From: Nitrospinaceae bacterium
GTDB lineage: Bacteria; Nitrospinota; Nitrospinia; Nitrospinales; Nitrospinaceae
Direction: 5' to 3'
Length of the DNA stretch: 64,000 bases
Assembly (NCBI GenBank): GCA_965237905.1
Contig: OZ250172.1
Location: 1,952,001-2,016,000, forward strand
Below are positions 30,354-40,322 of this stretch, one piece after another. A model generated the notes under the pieces. That model had not been told where the DNA came from. It did no database searches and saw nothing but the letters and a program-made list of their open reading frames with translations. The position numbers were made by a program, and so were the translations under genes. The stretch's first letter is position 1; each line of letters starts with the position of its first letter.

Positions 30354-31688
30354 TTAATGGAGAGGGGCGGCAGATTCGGAAGAGGCTGATTGAGACGGAT
30401 TGAGGGAAGCAAACGGCAGAGCCATGATGAAATACATGAGAATAATGGTTTCCGAATCGTAAAAATTATTTTCAAACATTCCTGCCACCAGGAATGCAAT
30501 GACTGCCGCGGCCGATCCGAAGACCACCCAACGTTCGTTTGCGTCAGGTGGGATTTGCCTGGATCGCCGAATCAACTGCACAAAGTAAACCACCCAAATA
30601 GAAAGCCAGGCGCATAAGCCGATGGCCCCGGTATCTACGGCAATTTGTTCGATATTGTTGTGCAGGTGCTTGTATTTTTGGAGTATCGGATGTTCCGGAT
30701 ATTGATCGGCGACGACAAACAAACATTTGAATCCACACCCTGTTAGTGGATAATCTTTGAAAACATCCCACCCGGCTTTCAACAGCATAATACGCTCACT
30801 ATTGGAAGTTTCCTGAAAGTTGGTTATGCTTTTTAAGCGTTCCGCAAGAGTGTGGGGACCAAAAATAAAAATCAAGCCGACCAGTAAAATAGGAACCAGA
30901 ACAAGCACTTTTTTCCTTATAAATAAAAGAAAGATCGCCGCCACAAATAAACCGAGCCAGGCTTGCCGGATCAGGGTCAGAACCATCGCTCCTCCCAAAA
31001 ACACTAAAGCTCCAATCAAAAAAGTTTTGGAAGCTCGGGAATCGAAAAGAATCCGGGCCAGGACCAGCGAGGCGGTCAACATAATTATCACGGAATAGGT
31101 CATGATATTGCTTAAAGAACCATGGACGCCAATACGACTCCAGATACCTTCTGGGTGAGTGAGTCCCTGAAAAATTCCGTAAGCCGCCGACACAATGCCT
31201 GCTGCAATCATAATATCCACAAGAAAATTCAGTGAGCTGACGTTTTTTAGGAAACGGATTCGGGTTTCAATGAAATTCCGTATCTTTGGAATTTTTAATC
31301 GTTGCGACAAGTCAGTGAGGAAGTCCATGGGTCGTGTCAAGGCCAGCGCATTCATTACCCAGAAAAAAACAATCGCCTTGAGGAGTTTTTTCAGGCCCGA
31401 AAGACTGAGTTCAGAATCAACTGCGGTCACTACCGATAACACACCAGCCAGAAAGAACAGTGCTATCGGCCAGATCAGAATAAATCTTGTTTTGTTCCAG
31501 GAATGGGTGAGATGTGTCTGGACCAACCATGCGGCGACCCCGGCATAGGCGGCGGCTTGGGTGATACTGATAGAAAAGGTGTAAGCCAGAGTGAATAGAA
31601 TAAAACAGAAGGTCAATAGTGCATTCGCAATCCGTAATATTGTGCTGGAGGTTTTCGAGGTAATGGCGGGCGTTTGTTTTGAAGTCAA
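30354..31688 (-). CDS. O-antigen ligase (WaaL/Wzy_C) family membrane protein
   Basis: Multi-TM; R.AWLG, SNSERI, PLTGCG and HLHN motifs. Confidence 0.82.
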   Translation of the reverse strand: MTSKQTPAITSKTSSTILRIANALLTFCFILFTLAYTFSISITQAAAYAGVAAWLVQTHLTHSWNKTRFILIWPIALFFLAGVLSVVTAVDSELSLSGLKKLLKAIVFFWVMNALALTRPMDFLTDLSQRLKIPKIRNFIETRIRFLKNVSSLNFLVDIMIAAGIVSAAYGIFQGLTHPEGIWSRIGVHGSLSNIMTYSVIIMLTASLVLARILFDSRASKTFLIGALVFLGGAMVLTLIRQAWLGLFVAAIFLLFIRKKVLVLVPILLVGLIFIFGPHTLAERLKSITNFQETSNSERIMLLKAGWDVFKDYPLTGCGFKCLFVVADQYPEHPILQKYKHLHNNIEQIAVDTGAIGLCAWLSIWVVYFVQLIRRSRQIPPDANERWVVFGSAAAVIAFLVAGMFENNFYDSETIILMYFIMALPFASLNPSQSASSESAAPLH

Positions 31689-32245
31689 TGGGAAATCCCC
31701 TTCCTTTTTCCTACTGAAAAAAGAGTTTTCCAGAGAATTTTCAGATCGAACCAGAATGAGCGGTGGTTTAAGTAATAAACTTCAAGCTCAACCTTATCGG
31801 GAATGGACAGTTCATCTCTCCCGTTGATTTGCGCCCACCCCGTAATCCCCGGAGTCAGACGATGAAGATTATTCTGGGTTCTAAGCGCAACGAGGTCGTC
31901 CTGATTGTGCAAGGCGGGCCGGGGTCCGACAAAAACCATATCGCCTTTGAGTATGCTCCATAGCTGGGGAAGTTCGTCCAAGCTGGTCTTTCTTAGAATT
32001 TTTCCTACCGGGGTGATGTATCGATCGGAATCGGTCAATAAATGTGTGGCGACATCCGGGGCGTCGGTTCGCATCGTACGAAATTTCGGCATTTGAAACA
32101 AGGTGTTATTTCTGCCGATCCGGGTGGACCAGTGAATGGCGGGTCCGGTAGAAGTGATTTTTACCAGTAACGTGATCAATAAAATTGGAATGAAGAAAAC
32201 GGGTAGGAGTAGGATGGCTAAGCAACAATGAACCCAGCGAGGCAT
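31685..32245 (-). CDS. Monotopic phosphoglycosyl (sugar) transferase
   Basis: KFRTM, LRKTSLDELPQ, VGPRP and PGITGWAQINGR. Confidence 0.93.
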   Translation of the reverse strand: MPRWVHCCLAILLLPVFFIPILLITLLVKITSTGPAIHWSTRIGRNNTLFQMPKFRTMRTDAPDVATHLLTDSDRYITPVGKILRKTSLDELPQLWSILKGDMVFVGPRPALHNQDDLVALRTQNNLHRLTPGITGWAQINGRDELSIPDKVELEVYYLNHRSFWFDLKILWKTLFSVGKRKGISH

Positions 32246-32303
32246 GATCTAGACCCTGGAAAAAGTAAATAATTCAAACCGGAGAATATCCATTTTAAGG
32301 CAT

Positions 32304-33269
32304 TTAAATGATATCCGGTAATGATTCACGCAAATGATGGTGGGCCCGAAAGCCCAGTTCCTGTTCAATCTTCTGGGATGAATAACATGCGGAGCCTGCC
32401 AGCTTTTCCAGGGTATCGCTGTCAAACATGAACCGCCGGCCCCGCACCCCTCCGATTATATCTCCCACCTTCGCCAATCCGCGAAATACAATTTTCGGAA
32501 TCCGCCAACCCGGTATCGGCTTGCCCAACGCCTGGCAAATCCACTCATACAACTCCCGGGTGGAGTAGGGCTGTCCGTCGGTTACGAGATAGGTTTGCCC
32601 GATGGCCTCAGACCTTTCCGCCGCCAGGATAGCGGCCTGGACGACATCCTCGACATGCACCATGGACCGCCGGTTGCCAAACTCGGGAATAGGGGGGAAA
32701 CGTCCTTTCGCTACTGCTTCAATCATGCGCGGCAAATTACCTTTCGGGGAAGGGCCGTAGACCATACTCAAGCGCAGGACCACTGGTTCGGGAACATAGT
32801 TCCCTTCCAATACCAACCGCTCGGCCTCCAGCTTGCTCTTTCCGTAGGGTGTGACTGGCAGGCAGGGTGAGGCTTCATCCAGACACTCGGTACCGCCTTC
32901 ATTGATGGCTTTGACGCTGCTGAAGAACACGAAACGGCGAACGCCGGAAGCCTGTGCCGCTTCCAGAACTCGGCGCGTGCCTTCGGTATTGATCCGAAAA
33001 TATTCTTTTTCGTCTTGTTTCGTTTCGCTCAGCGCATGCGCTTTTCCCGCAAGGTGAAAGACCACATCGATATCTGAAGGCATCGAGAAGGTTTCCTGCG
33101 AGGCAAGATCAGCCTGAATACTTTCATCCCATGGGCCCGCTTCCTGCTTCCGGGTCACGGCGATCACTCGCCATCCATGGGAATGCAATGTGTGGCACAG
33201 AGGTCTCCCCAACATACCGGTACTCCCTGTCACCAGAGATATTTTCTTATCCACGATTGGCGTCCACAT
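32304..33269 (-). CDS. NAD-dependent epimerase/dehydratase
   Basis: VTGSTGMLG, HLAGKAH and YGKSK. Confidence 0.9.
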   Translation of the reverse strand: MWTPIVDKKISLVTGSTGMLGRPLCHTLHSHGWRVIAVTRKQEAGPWDESIQADLASQETFSMPSDIDVVFHLAGKAHALSETKQDEKEYFRINTEGTRRVLEAAQASGVRRFVFFSSVKAINEGGTECLDEASPCLPVTPYGKSKLEAERLVLEGNYVPEPVVLRLSMVYGPSPKGNLPRMIEAVAKGRFPPIPEFGNRRSMVHVEDVVQAAILAAERSEAIGQTYLVTDGQPYSTRELYEWICQALGKPIPGWRIPKIVFRGLAKVGDIIGGVRGRRFMFDSDTLEKLAGSACYSSQKIEQELGFRAHHHLRESLPDII

Positions 33270-34317
33270 AATGCGAGGATTTTTTCAGAAAAGGCTTTTC
33301 AATAAAATGCCAAAACACATAAGCTGTGATAAATACCAATACACCAGCCACCGCCAAACCAAAATATGGATTGTAACCAAAAGCACCCGCTGAGATCAAA
33401 ACCTGTAGGATGGGGAAATGTGTAATGTAGATTCCATATGAAAAGTCGCCGTATTTCCCAAAGTTTCCGAGCCAGGGGGAAATACAAGCAAAGTAAATGA
33501 CCACAGCGGCCAGAGCCATAGGTTCCACCCATGCGACAGGAATCCAAGGCTTAATGGCGAATACCCCAATAGATGGCAATAACAGCCAAAGCCACCGCTG
33601 TTTGAAAATATCTAAATAATAATAAAGAGCGGCCCCGGAAACAAAAAATGTGAGCTGTCCCGGCAACTGTCGTTGTAATTGAAGATAAATATTAGAACCC
33701 GTTCGCACTCCCCATTCCTCAATCGCTACGGTATAGATAAGCGACAGCATATAGGTTCCCAATAGAACAGGCCATCGTCCCCATTTTCGCATGGCAATGG
33801 CAAACAGAGGGACACATAGATAAAACATCACTTCTATTTTTAAAGTCCACAACGCGCCATCCACTGCGTGAATAGGGTTTTCAGAAAAAAGCCCTGGTAA
33901 TTCATGTTGCAGGAAGTTTAGAAATAGCAAGTTGGCGGTCAAGTATTTCAGCCATTCGGTCGAAAAATATTCATTCCATGAAACATTTGTGAGTAAAACC
34001 CCTGCAAAAGCGCACAGGATAATAATAGAAGCATAGGCTGGATAAATACGCCGTACTCGTTTGGAAAAATAACTGCTGATGCTACCCGAATTTTCATAGC
34101 TCATGAAAATAAGAAATCCGCTAACCACAAAAAATGATTTCACCGCAATATCAGAGGAAAGAATCCATGCAAGCCAAGCCAGATCTTCGCTTTTTGAAAG
34201 GAAGTATCCATGCACGAGAAAAACAATCGCCGCAAATAAAAATCGCAATAGATCGAAGTTGTTGACCCGCAAACTCTGGGCCGCGTTAACCGGGGCGTGA
34301 GCTTGCTTAAATCTCAT
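33247..34317 (-). CDS. Acyltransferase family 3 (OafA-like O-acetyltransferase)
   Basis: FDLLRF, FFVVSGFLI, R.RRIYP, LWTL..E, SYGIY..HFP and IEKP. Confidence 0.9.
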   Translation of the reverse strand: MRFKQAHAPVNAAQSLRVNNFDLLRFLFAAIVFLVHGYFLSKSEDLAWLAWILSSDIAVKSFFVVSGFLIFMSYENSGSISSYFSKRVRRIYPAYASIIILCAFAGVLLTNVSWNEYFSTEWLKYLTANLLFLNFLQHELPGLFSENPIHAVDGALWTLKIEVMFYLCVPLFAIAMRKWGRWPVLLGTYMLSLIYTVAIEEWGVRTGSNIYLQLQRQLPGQLTFFVSGAALYYYLDIFKQRWLWLLLPSIGVFAIKPWIPVAWVEPMALAAVVIYFACISPWLGNFGKYGDFSYGIYITHFPILQVLISAGAFGYNPYFGLAVAGVLVFITAYVFWHFIEKPFLKKSSHYVDANRG

Positions 34318-34405
34318 CCTATTCTCCTGATTAGTGGAGTAAGCGTCCAGTCAAGAATTGGTCCTACGGTGTCAGCACAAGCACGTTTGAACATTCTGAT
34401 GACCT

Positions 34406-35170
34406 CTATTTGGCGATGAGGCCACGTTGCCGCAACTGCTGGTAGACAGGCGATCGGAAAAACCGAAGGAGACTTGCCAGATGCCATTTTAAATAGCGGA
34501 AGTTGTTGTGACTCGCTCGCCGTGCATCATGAACCACAGAGACATTCTGGCAAAGGGCGACGCGATATCCTTTCAGTGTGAGTCTGGCGCATAAATCCAC
34601 ATCTTCATAATACAGGAAATAGTGTGTGTCAAATCCGCCCATTTCTCGAAACACCTCTCTGGGGAATAGCATGAACATTCCCGCTACCCAATCTGGAAAT
34701 GATACATCCTCGTCGGTGGGTTCATGCGTTGCAGAGGTTCGCCCGAATATTTTGCCAACGATTTCAAAGGGTGTAGGAAAACATCTTGAGCTGTCTTCCA
34801 AATCGCCGGCCGAATTGACAACCTGCGGCGCAATCACGCCGATGCCTGGATTATCCAAAAAAGGCAACAGTATCGGATATGGACTCCGGCTGAGACGAAT
34901 ATCCGGATTGAGAACACAGAAAAACTCGCCCTCTGCCTCCGCGAACGCCTTGTTGTGGTTGGCGCCAAAACCCAAAGGGGAGGAATTTTTCAGTACTCTC
35001 AATGGAAAAGGGTAATCCTTCAGCGTGAAGGGAAGATCTTCCGGCACATTAAGGGTCAAAAGAACTTCTATTTTATCGTCACTGCAATAGTGCGCAAGAT
35101 CAGAAACCAAAGAAACTATAAGTTTTGCCTGCAAATGACTGACGATAGATAGGGTTATTTGTGGTCTCAA
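34406..35170 (-). CDS. GT2 glycosyltransferase (rhamnosyltransferase-like)
   Basis: GFGANHN, LNPD, DWVAGMF and YFLYYEDVD. Confidence 0.88.
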   Translation of the reverse strand: MRPQITLSIVSHLQAKLIVSLVSDLAHYCSDDKIEVLLTLNVPEDLPFTLKDYPFPLRVLKNSSPLGFGANHNKAFAEAEGEFFCVLNPDIRLSRSPYPILLPFLDNPGIGVIAPQVVNSAGDLEDSSRCFPTPFEIVGKIFGRTSATHEPTDEDVSFPDWVAGMFMLFPREVFREMGGFDTHYFLYYEDVDLCARLTLKGYRVALCQNVSVVHDARRASHNNFRYLKWHLASLLRFFRSPVYQQLRQRGLIAK

Positions 35171-35265
35171 ATCATTTCCTCGAGATTTTGTTTCTGATCG
35201 GAAAGGACGGAAATCGATACTCCCTATAATGTTTTGTCATCAACAGACGTATTCACTGGTCACAA

Positions 35266-36654
35266 TCACATATGAAGATCATGCTTCTTTTTCCAGTTGC
35301 TGAATATTTCTTCAGTGATACCATGCTTCGCATAAAGTTCCGCTAACGGCATTCCCCGCTCGTAATCTCTGAGCGCTTTGGAAACAGGGTCATCTCTGAA
35401 TGCAGCTCGGAACAATCTCGCCTTGCTGTGAATTCCGTCCATCCTGAGAACCAGATCCTGCTGCACATCAAAATTATACTTTTCTGCCAGTGAATTGATT
35501 TCCATTACATCGTCCGGATAATCAGCCCGATATTTTTTTTGTTCAGTGCGGATCATCAGCAGATTCTCTTCGATATTATCTGAAGTCAGCACACGGCCAA
35601 AGTCCGTTGGCACACTCTTGTCATTGTAATGAAACAGACGCGACAATATCATATTGCCCAAAACGGGATGATAATGAGATGAATCAATATAGTAATGTTT
35701 GCCTTCTTTTGATATATCATCGGTTGTCATCGAATTATAACCACTGAAATCCCATAACGGAGAAGTATGGTTCTCTTCCTGCAGTATTCGAACCAGCTCC
35801 CTCTTCCATTGTTCAAATAAAGGCCAAATGCCCAAAACCCGAATAATCTCCTGATGCCGGGCATGCGGTGGGGATATAAACAATTCAAGATCAATCTGGT
35901 TCTCCCTGCAATAAACTACAAGCTTGCGAAATTCCTCCAGACTGGATGCTCCTGTGTCCAGCCTATTGAATGCATACTTTCTCCTCATGCCAGCAAGGTA
36001 TACAGTTTGAAAATAAAGTTTCTCCATCTTCATAAAGCCTTGACGCAATTTGTCTTTCCTTATCGGACCAAAAAACATCCCATTTTCACCGATCGTAGCT
36101 TTATGTTTTTTTTTGGAAGTGATGGTTTTATAGGACGCCTGCAAAGCATCTTTTGAAAGCAGGGAAGCCACCATGATTTTCATGTCGAAATGCCGATTAA
36201 GACGGCCATCGTCATCGATGATCATGAAATCACCTCGATAATCCGGAACTTGCTGGAAATACACATTAAAGGTAAAAAAATCCAGGCCGAATACTGCCTG
36301 TTTCAAGGGATGAAGTGTCTGAGCGTGCTCAAGAACACGACGTGTAACAAAAGTATTTGCACCTAAAATCGAAAGATTATAACGGGGCTGAAAAGCATCG
36401 GGCCAGGCGTCATTCTCAGGGTCTATTCCAAATCCAGCCCGCGATGTTCCCAGAACGACCACCTCAGGTTCAAACTGCGCGACTTTAAATGATTTATGTA
36501 TCGTCACAGTGGTCATCATTTCGGGTTTCGGCCAGTTGACTCCATCAATTTTCACCAAAGGATACAGGCCATACGGATCAACAACAGCATTGAATAACGG
36601 TAATAAGAGAAGCATCGCAAAAGCGCTGATATATACTTTAAGATATCTACTCAC
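35266..36654 (-). CDS. MBOAT-associated periplasmic protein (SGNH-like) with IS3-OrfA-like C-terminal tail
   Basis: N-terminal TM followed by VDPY; LGTSR, DSSH; directly downstream of an MBOAT gene. Confidence 0.7.
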   Translation of the reverse strand: MSRYLKVYISAFAMLLLLPLFNAVVDPYGLYPLVKIDGVNWPKPEMMTTVTIHKSFKVAQFEPEVVVLGTSRAGFGIDPENDAWPDAFQPRYNLSILGANTFVTRRVLEHAQTLHPLKQAVFGLDFFTFNVYFQQVPDYRGDFMIIDDDGRLNRHFDMKIMVASLLSKDALQASYKTITSKKKHKATIGENGMFFGPIRKDKLRQGFMKMEKLYFQTVYLAGMRRKYAFNRLDTGASSLEEFRKLVVYCRENQIDLELFISPPHARHQEIIRVLGIWPLFEQWKRELVRILQEENHTSPLWDFSGYNSMTTDDISKEGKHYYIDSSHYHPVLGNMILSRLFHYNDKSVPTDFGRVLTSDNIEENLLMIRTEQKKYRADYPDDVMEINSLAEKYNFDVQQDLVLRMDGIHSKARLFRAAFRDDPVSKALRDYERGMPLAELYAKHGITEEIFSNWKKKHDLHM

Positions 36655-36661
36655 ATTTCAC

Positions 36662-38158
36662 CTAAAACTGAAAGTAAAGGAATTCACTGACCTGTGTTAG
36701 CCTTAAAATCGAGAAAATCATTAATGCAGAACAAACAATTGCCCACATTGTTGTTGTGCGAAATTGAAGCAAAGCCTTCAACTTCTGTGGAACCCGCCTA
36801 CTTTGCCATTCCTGCTGATCCTCAATATAACCGGTCCACTGTAGCACATTTGGCATCAGCCAAATCAGTGCGGGCAAAGCAATGAACCAGATAAATACTT
36901 GTTGTAACATTCTCCTGGAAAACAGTGTGGACCCCAATATTGAATCATGTTGAAAGCCAAACATTGTAGATAAAATAAGATTAGCTGATTCAAAACTCTC
37001 TGCGCGAAAGTAAACCCAACCGACAACAATCGCCAGAAAAGTGACCCCTCTGGCCAATATTCGTCCCCTCAAAGTACTTTTTTCTAAATCATGGCCCATT
37101 AATCTGCGCATGTGGCGCCAAACATGATTTACGATAAGATAGCCACCATGCAATCCTCCCCAAAAGACAAAAGTCCAACTAGCGCCATGCCACAGACCCC
37201 CCAGCAACATGGTTATCATCAGGTTCGTAAAACGACGAACTTTTCCCTTACGATTACCACCCAGGGGAAAATAAAGATAATCCCGCAAGAATCTTGAAAG
37301 CGTCATGTGCCATCTACGCCAGAAATCAATGATATTGACTGCCTTGTAAGGTGACATGAAATTGATCGGCAAACAAATTCCGAACATCAACGCTATTCCA
37401 ATGGCCATATCGGAATAAGCTGAAAAATCAAAATAAAGCTGAAAGGAATACCCCAGAGCCCCTATCCACGCTTCGATAACAGTAATCGTTTTTTCATCAT
37501 AAGCGGCTTGAAAAACTGGTGTCGAATATCTGGCAACTCCATCTGCAATCAGCACTTTCTTGAAAAGTCCGAGGCTGAAAATAGTCAGCCCCAGTTCCAT
37601 TTTTCCGGAATTAAAGCTGAACGTTTCCGGTTTTGAGAACTGACGCATCATTTCACCATGATGCACAATCGGTCCCGCTATCAACTGGGGAAAGAAGGTT
37701 ACAAAAAGCGCATAATGCAAAAAGCTATGTTCTTCGGTTTTACGCTGATAGGCATCTACAAGATAGGCAATCTGCTGAAATGTGAAGAAAGAAATAGCAA
37801 GAGGAAGAATAATATTGTTCAGATTAAACGATATGCCGGTTAGATCATTTGCAGTATTCACGAAGAAATTTGCGTATTTGTAATACCCCAACAGTGCCAG
37901 GTTAGCCGCAACGCCAATAGCCAGCCAGCCTTTTCTTCCGCTCTTGGCAGACAAAGCCAAACCTATCCCATAATTAAACAGCATGGATAGTAGAATCAGC
38001 CAAATGTATACTGGATTCCACCAGGCATAGAAAAAGAGAGAGGCTAAAACCAACGATACAATGGCTATTTCATGCCCGCAACGTTTGCCAAGAAAATAAA
38101 ATGTGAATAGTGTTACGGGAAGAAATAAAAAAATGAATTCATGCGAATTAAACAGCAT
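36662..38158 (-). CDS. MBOAT O-acyltransferase (AlgI/PatA-like)
   Basis: MLFNS, PLAISFFTFQ, FFPQLIAGPI, DFWRRWHMTLS, GLWHGA and EFLYFQF. Confidence 0.95.
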   Translation of the reverse strand: MLFNSHEFIFLFLPVTLFTFYFLGKRCGHEIAIVSLVLASLFFYAWWNPVYIWLILLSMLFNYGIGLALSAKSGRKGWLAIGVAANLALLGYYKYANFFVNTANDLTGISFNLNNIILPLAISFFTFQQIAYLVDAYQRKTEEHSFLHYALFVTFFPQLIAGPIVHHGEMMRQFSKPETFSFNSGKMELGLTIFSLGLFKKVLIADGVARYSTPVFQAAYDEKTITVIEAWIGALGYSFQLYFDFSAYSDMAIGIALMFGICLPINFMSPYKAVNIIDFWRRWHMTLSRFLRDYLYFPLGGNRKGKVRRFTNLMITMLLGGLWHGASWTFVFWGGLHGGYLIVNHVWRHMRRLMGHDLEKSTLRGRILARGVTFLAIVVGWVYFRAESFESANLILSTMFGFQHDSILGSTLFSRRMLQQVFIWFIALPALIWLMPNVLQWTGYIEDQQEWQSRRVPQKLKALLQFRTTTMWAIVCSALMIFSILRLTQVSEFLYFQF

Positions 38159-38232
38159 GGTTATTTAATCCTTTATTGATTATTTTTCTCCAGCATCAAT
38201 ATTGCGAATATCTGCAAGACAATGGCTGATCA

Positions 38233-38343
38233 TATTACAAGGGGAAGTCGAAGTACGGCGGCCGGACAGTGGATCAGGATAAGCGTTTGAAGGCAATGGA
38301 GCATGAGAACGCCCGTTTGAAGAAGCTCAGGAAATCACCTTAA
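38233..38343 (+). pseudogene. IS3-family transposase OrfA remnant
   Basis: Translates to YYKGKSKYGGRTVDQDKRLKAMEHENARLKKL, the YGG...KRLK.LE.EN.RLKKL zipper of IS3 OrfA; no in-frame start and no OrfB. Confidence 0.75.
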
Positions 38344-38389
38344 TTGCAGAAATCGACTGAGAGCTGTTCATGGACCGGATTCCACAGGT

Positions 38390-39001
38390 TCAAGGCTGGA
38401 GAGGCGCTTCAAATATTCCATACACACAATAAGAGCTTAAAATTTTGCTTAACCCACTGCATTTAATGGGCATATACATCATGTCAACGGTTCTGCAACT
38501 TTGGCTTGCAAATAACTGGATCAATGCATCCTGAGTATAAAATGTTTTGTGATCTGAGTCTGCCCTATAACCCTTTATCCCGGGAACTCCGGCAATGATT
38601 TGTCCCCCAGGCCGCACGACCCTTAAAACTTCATTCATGGCGGGTCCAATTTCATCCTGACTTAAATGTTCGATTACGTTATCCAGAACCACCCCGGAAA
38701 AATAACCATCAGGAAATGGAATTTTATTGTTCTCAATTAAATGAGCGGGCAGACCTTTGGATACACAATAATCCACATTAAATTCATTGATATCCACCCC
38801 TATCGTATTATCACGAAAGGCAAGAAAGTCTCCGATGCCACAGCCAAAATCCAGAACTTTTCCTTCCAGCCTGGAGTTCAATCGAGGATACAACCGGTAA
38901 ACGCGGTATATCCACCCCAACCGAGACCTGCGGTTCAAATAACGAAAATAGGATTCTCTCTCATCATTCACTGTCAAATCCAAATCCGTATCTACAGGCA
39001 T
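38390..39001 (-). CDS. Class I SAM-dependent methyltransferase
   Basis: LDFGCGIG, NVIEHL and RVVRPGG. Confidence 0.85.
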   Translation of the reverse strand: MPVDTDLDLTVNDERESYFRYLNRRSRLGWIYRVYRLYPRLNSRLEGKVLDFGCGIGDFLAFRDNTIGVDINEFNVDYCVSKGLPAHLIENNKIPFPDGYFSGVVLDNVIEHLSQDEIGPAMNEVLRVVRPGGQIIAGVPGIKGYRADSDHKTFYTQDALIQLFASQSCRTVDMMYMPIKCSGLSKILSSYCVYGIFEAPLQP

Positions 39002-39059
39002 TGTGATGTACCTGCAAAACTCTGCGAAGTAAAATGTGAATGCGGGCGAAAATCATCGG

Positions 39060-40235
39060 TTACTCTCTCTTCAAACTCGGTTTGCTTATCACTTTTCTTA
39101 TGGCTTCCAGATAGCCATAGCCATAACGCTCATCAGGTTCAAGATATGTGCTCTCAGCCCATTCGTTCCATGCATTCAGAAAAATCATTTTTTCTTTTTG
39201 TGCGCTGGCAGTGACTTGCTCGGCCAATTGATCAAACCAATATTGAAACCGCTCCGGATTGGCCCCTCTGAAGATAGTGGCCCGTTGCTTATAGCGTGCG
39301 GTATTATCCCAATCAACAAAGGCACCGGAAAATGTTGTCAACTCAGGGTCTGGGCGTTCTTCAAGAATGGTTTTCCACACAGTATCGTATTCGTAAAAAG
39401 TCGACTTTGTCACAAACGAAGCTCGAAGGCTCCGAAGCATTTCCAGAATCGGCTCAGGCAGGCCACGAACCACATGGAACCATCTGGTTTTTCTTTCGGA
39501 CTGACGAAGGATGGATGAATTGATGGCCTCAAAAGGTTGAAATTTGAAAATAGCATCAAAGCCTTTCAAGCAGTCTCTTGAGGGGAATTCGTGCTGTTTC
39601 TGTGCAATAAAATAAACACCCTTTAACCCATGTTCCAGGGCCTTCTCTCTCCAGAAATCCAACATCCTTTCGCTTTCAGGAATGCGGTGGGGTCTGTAAA
39701 TCACAAAGACGGGCTTGCCGTCGATTTTTATTGCGCGCTCATCGATCCAGGCACGAATAAGATAGTCGAAATGTTTCTGCCAACTGGATCGGGTTGGAGG
39801 GTGCTTTTGCTTGATCAGAATATGATGGTTCCGCCCATCCCATCTTTTTGACCAGGTCTCGTTGGCCCATGAAAGGCAAAAGGGGAAATCCAAATCCTTA
39901 TTGTCCAGCATGAGGCCAGTCGGAGTTTCCAGTAATTGCTTGCCATCAAACCAATAATGGTAGTGACAGAACCCATATAAACCATGTTGCTTTGCCAGAT
40001 CAATCTGCCAGCGAAGCGTCTCTACATGTGACTGATCATAATAATTACCGTTGAGGGGTTTCCTGGGCTGATAGTGTCCTTCAAATTGTGGGCCAGCCTT
40101 CTTAACGTTGACCCAGTCCGTAAAACCTTTGCCCCACCATTCGTCGTTTTCCGGAATGGCATGGAATTGCGGAAAATACATGGCGATCAGCTTCAAATCT
40201 GATTTATCACTATTTGTTGAAACGGTTTTAAACAT
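39060..40235 (-). CDS. WbsX / GH99-like domain protein
   Basis: YFPQFH.IPENDEWWGKGFTDW, NETW, WDNTAR and NAWNEWAE. Confidence 0.9.
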   Translation of the reverse strand: MFKTVSTNSDKSDLKLIAMYFPQFHAIPENDEWWGKGFTDWVNVKKAGPQFEGHYQPRKPLNGNYYDQSHVETLRWQIDLAKQHGLYGFCHYHYWFDGKQLLETPTGLMLDNKDLDFPFCLSWANETWSKRWDGRNHHILIKQKHPPTRSSWQKHFDYLIRAWIDERAIKIDGKPVFVIYRPHRIPESERMLDFWREKALEHGLKGVYFIAQKQHEFPSRDCLKGFDAIFKFQPFEAINSSILRQSERKTRWFHVVRGLPEPILEMLRSLRASFVTKSTFYEYDTVWKTILEERPDPELTTFSGAFVDWDNTARYKQRATIFRGANPERFQYWFDQLAEQVTASAQKEKMIFLNAWNEWAESTYLEPDERYGYGYLEAIRKVISKPSLKRE

Positions 40236-40322
40236 GCCCCCCCAGGGAATTTTATATGTATTGTAGATACCCGCAATATGAGATTACTCCCACGATTGGG
40301 CGAATGACACCACAACTGGCAT

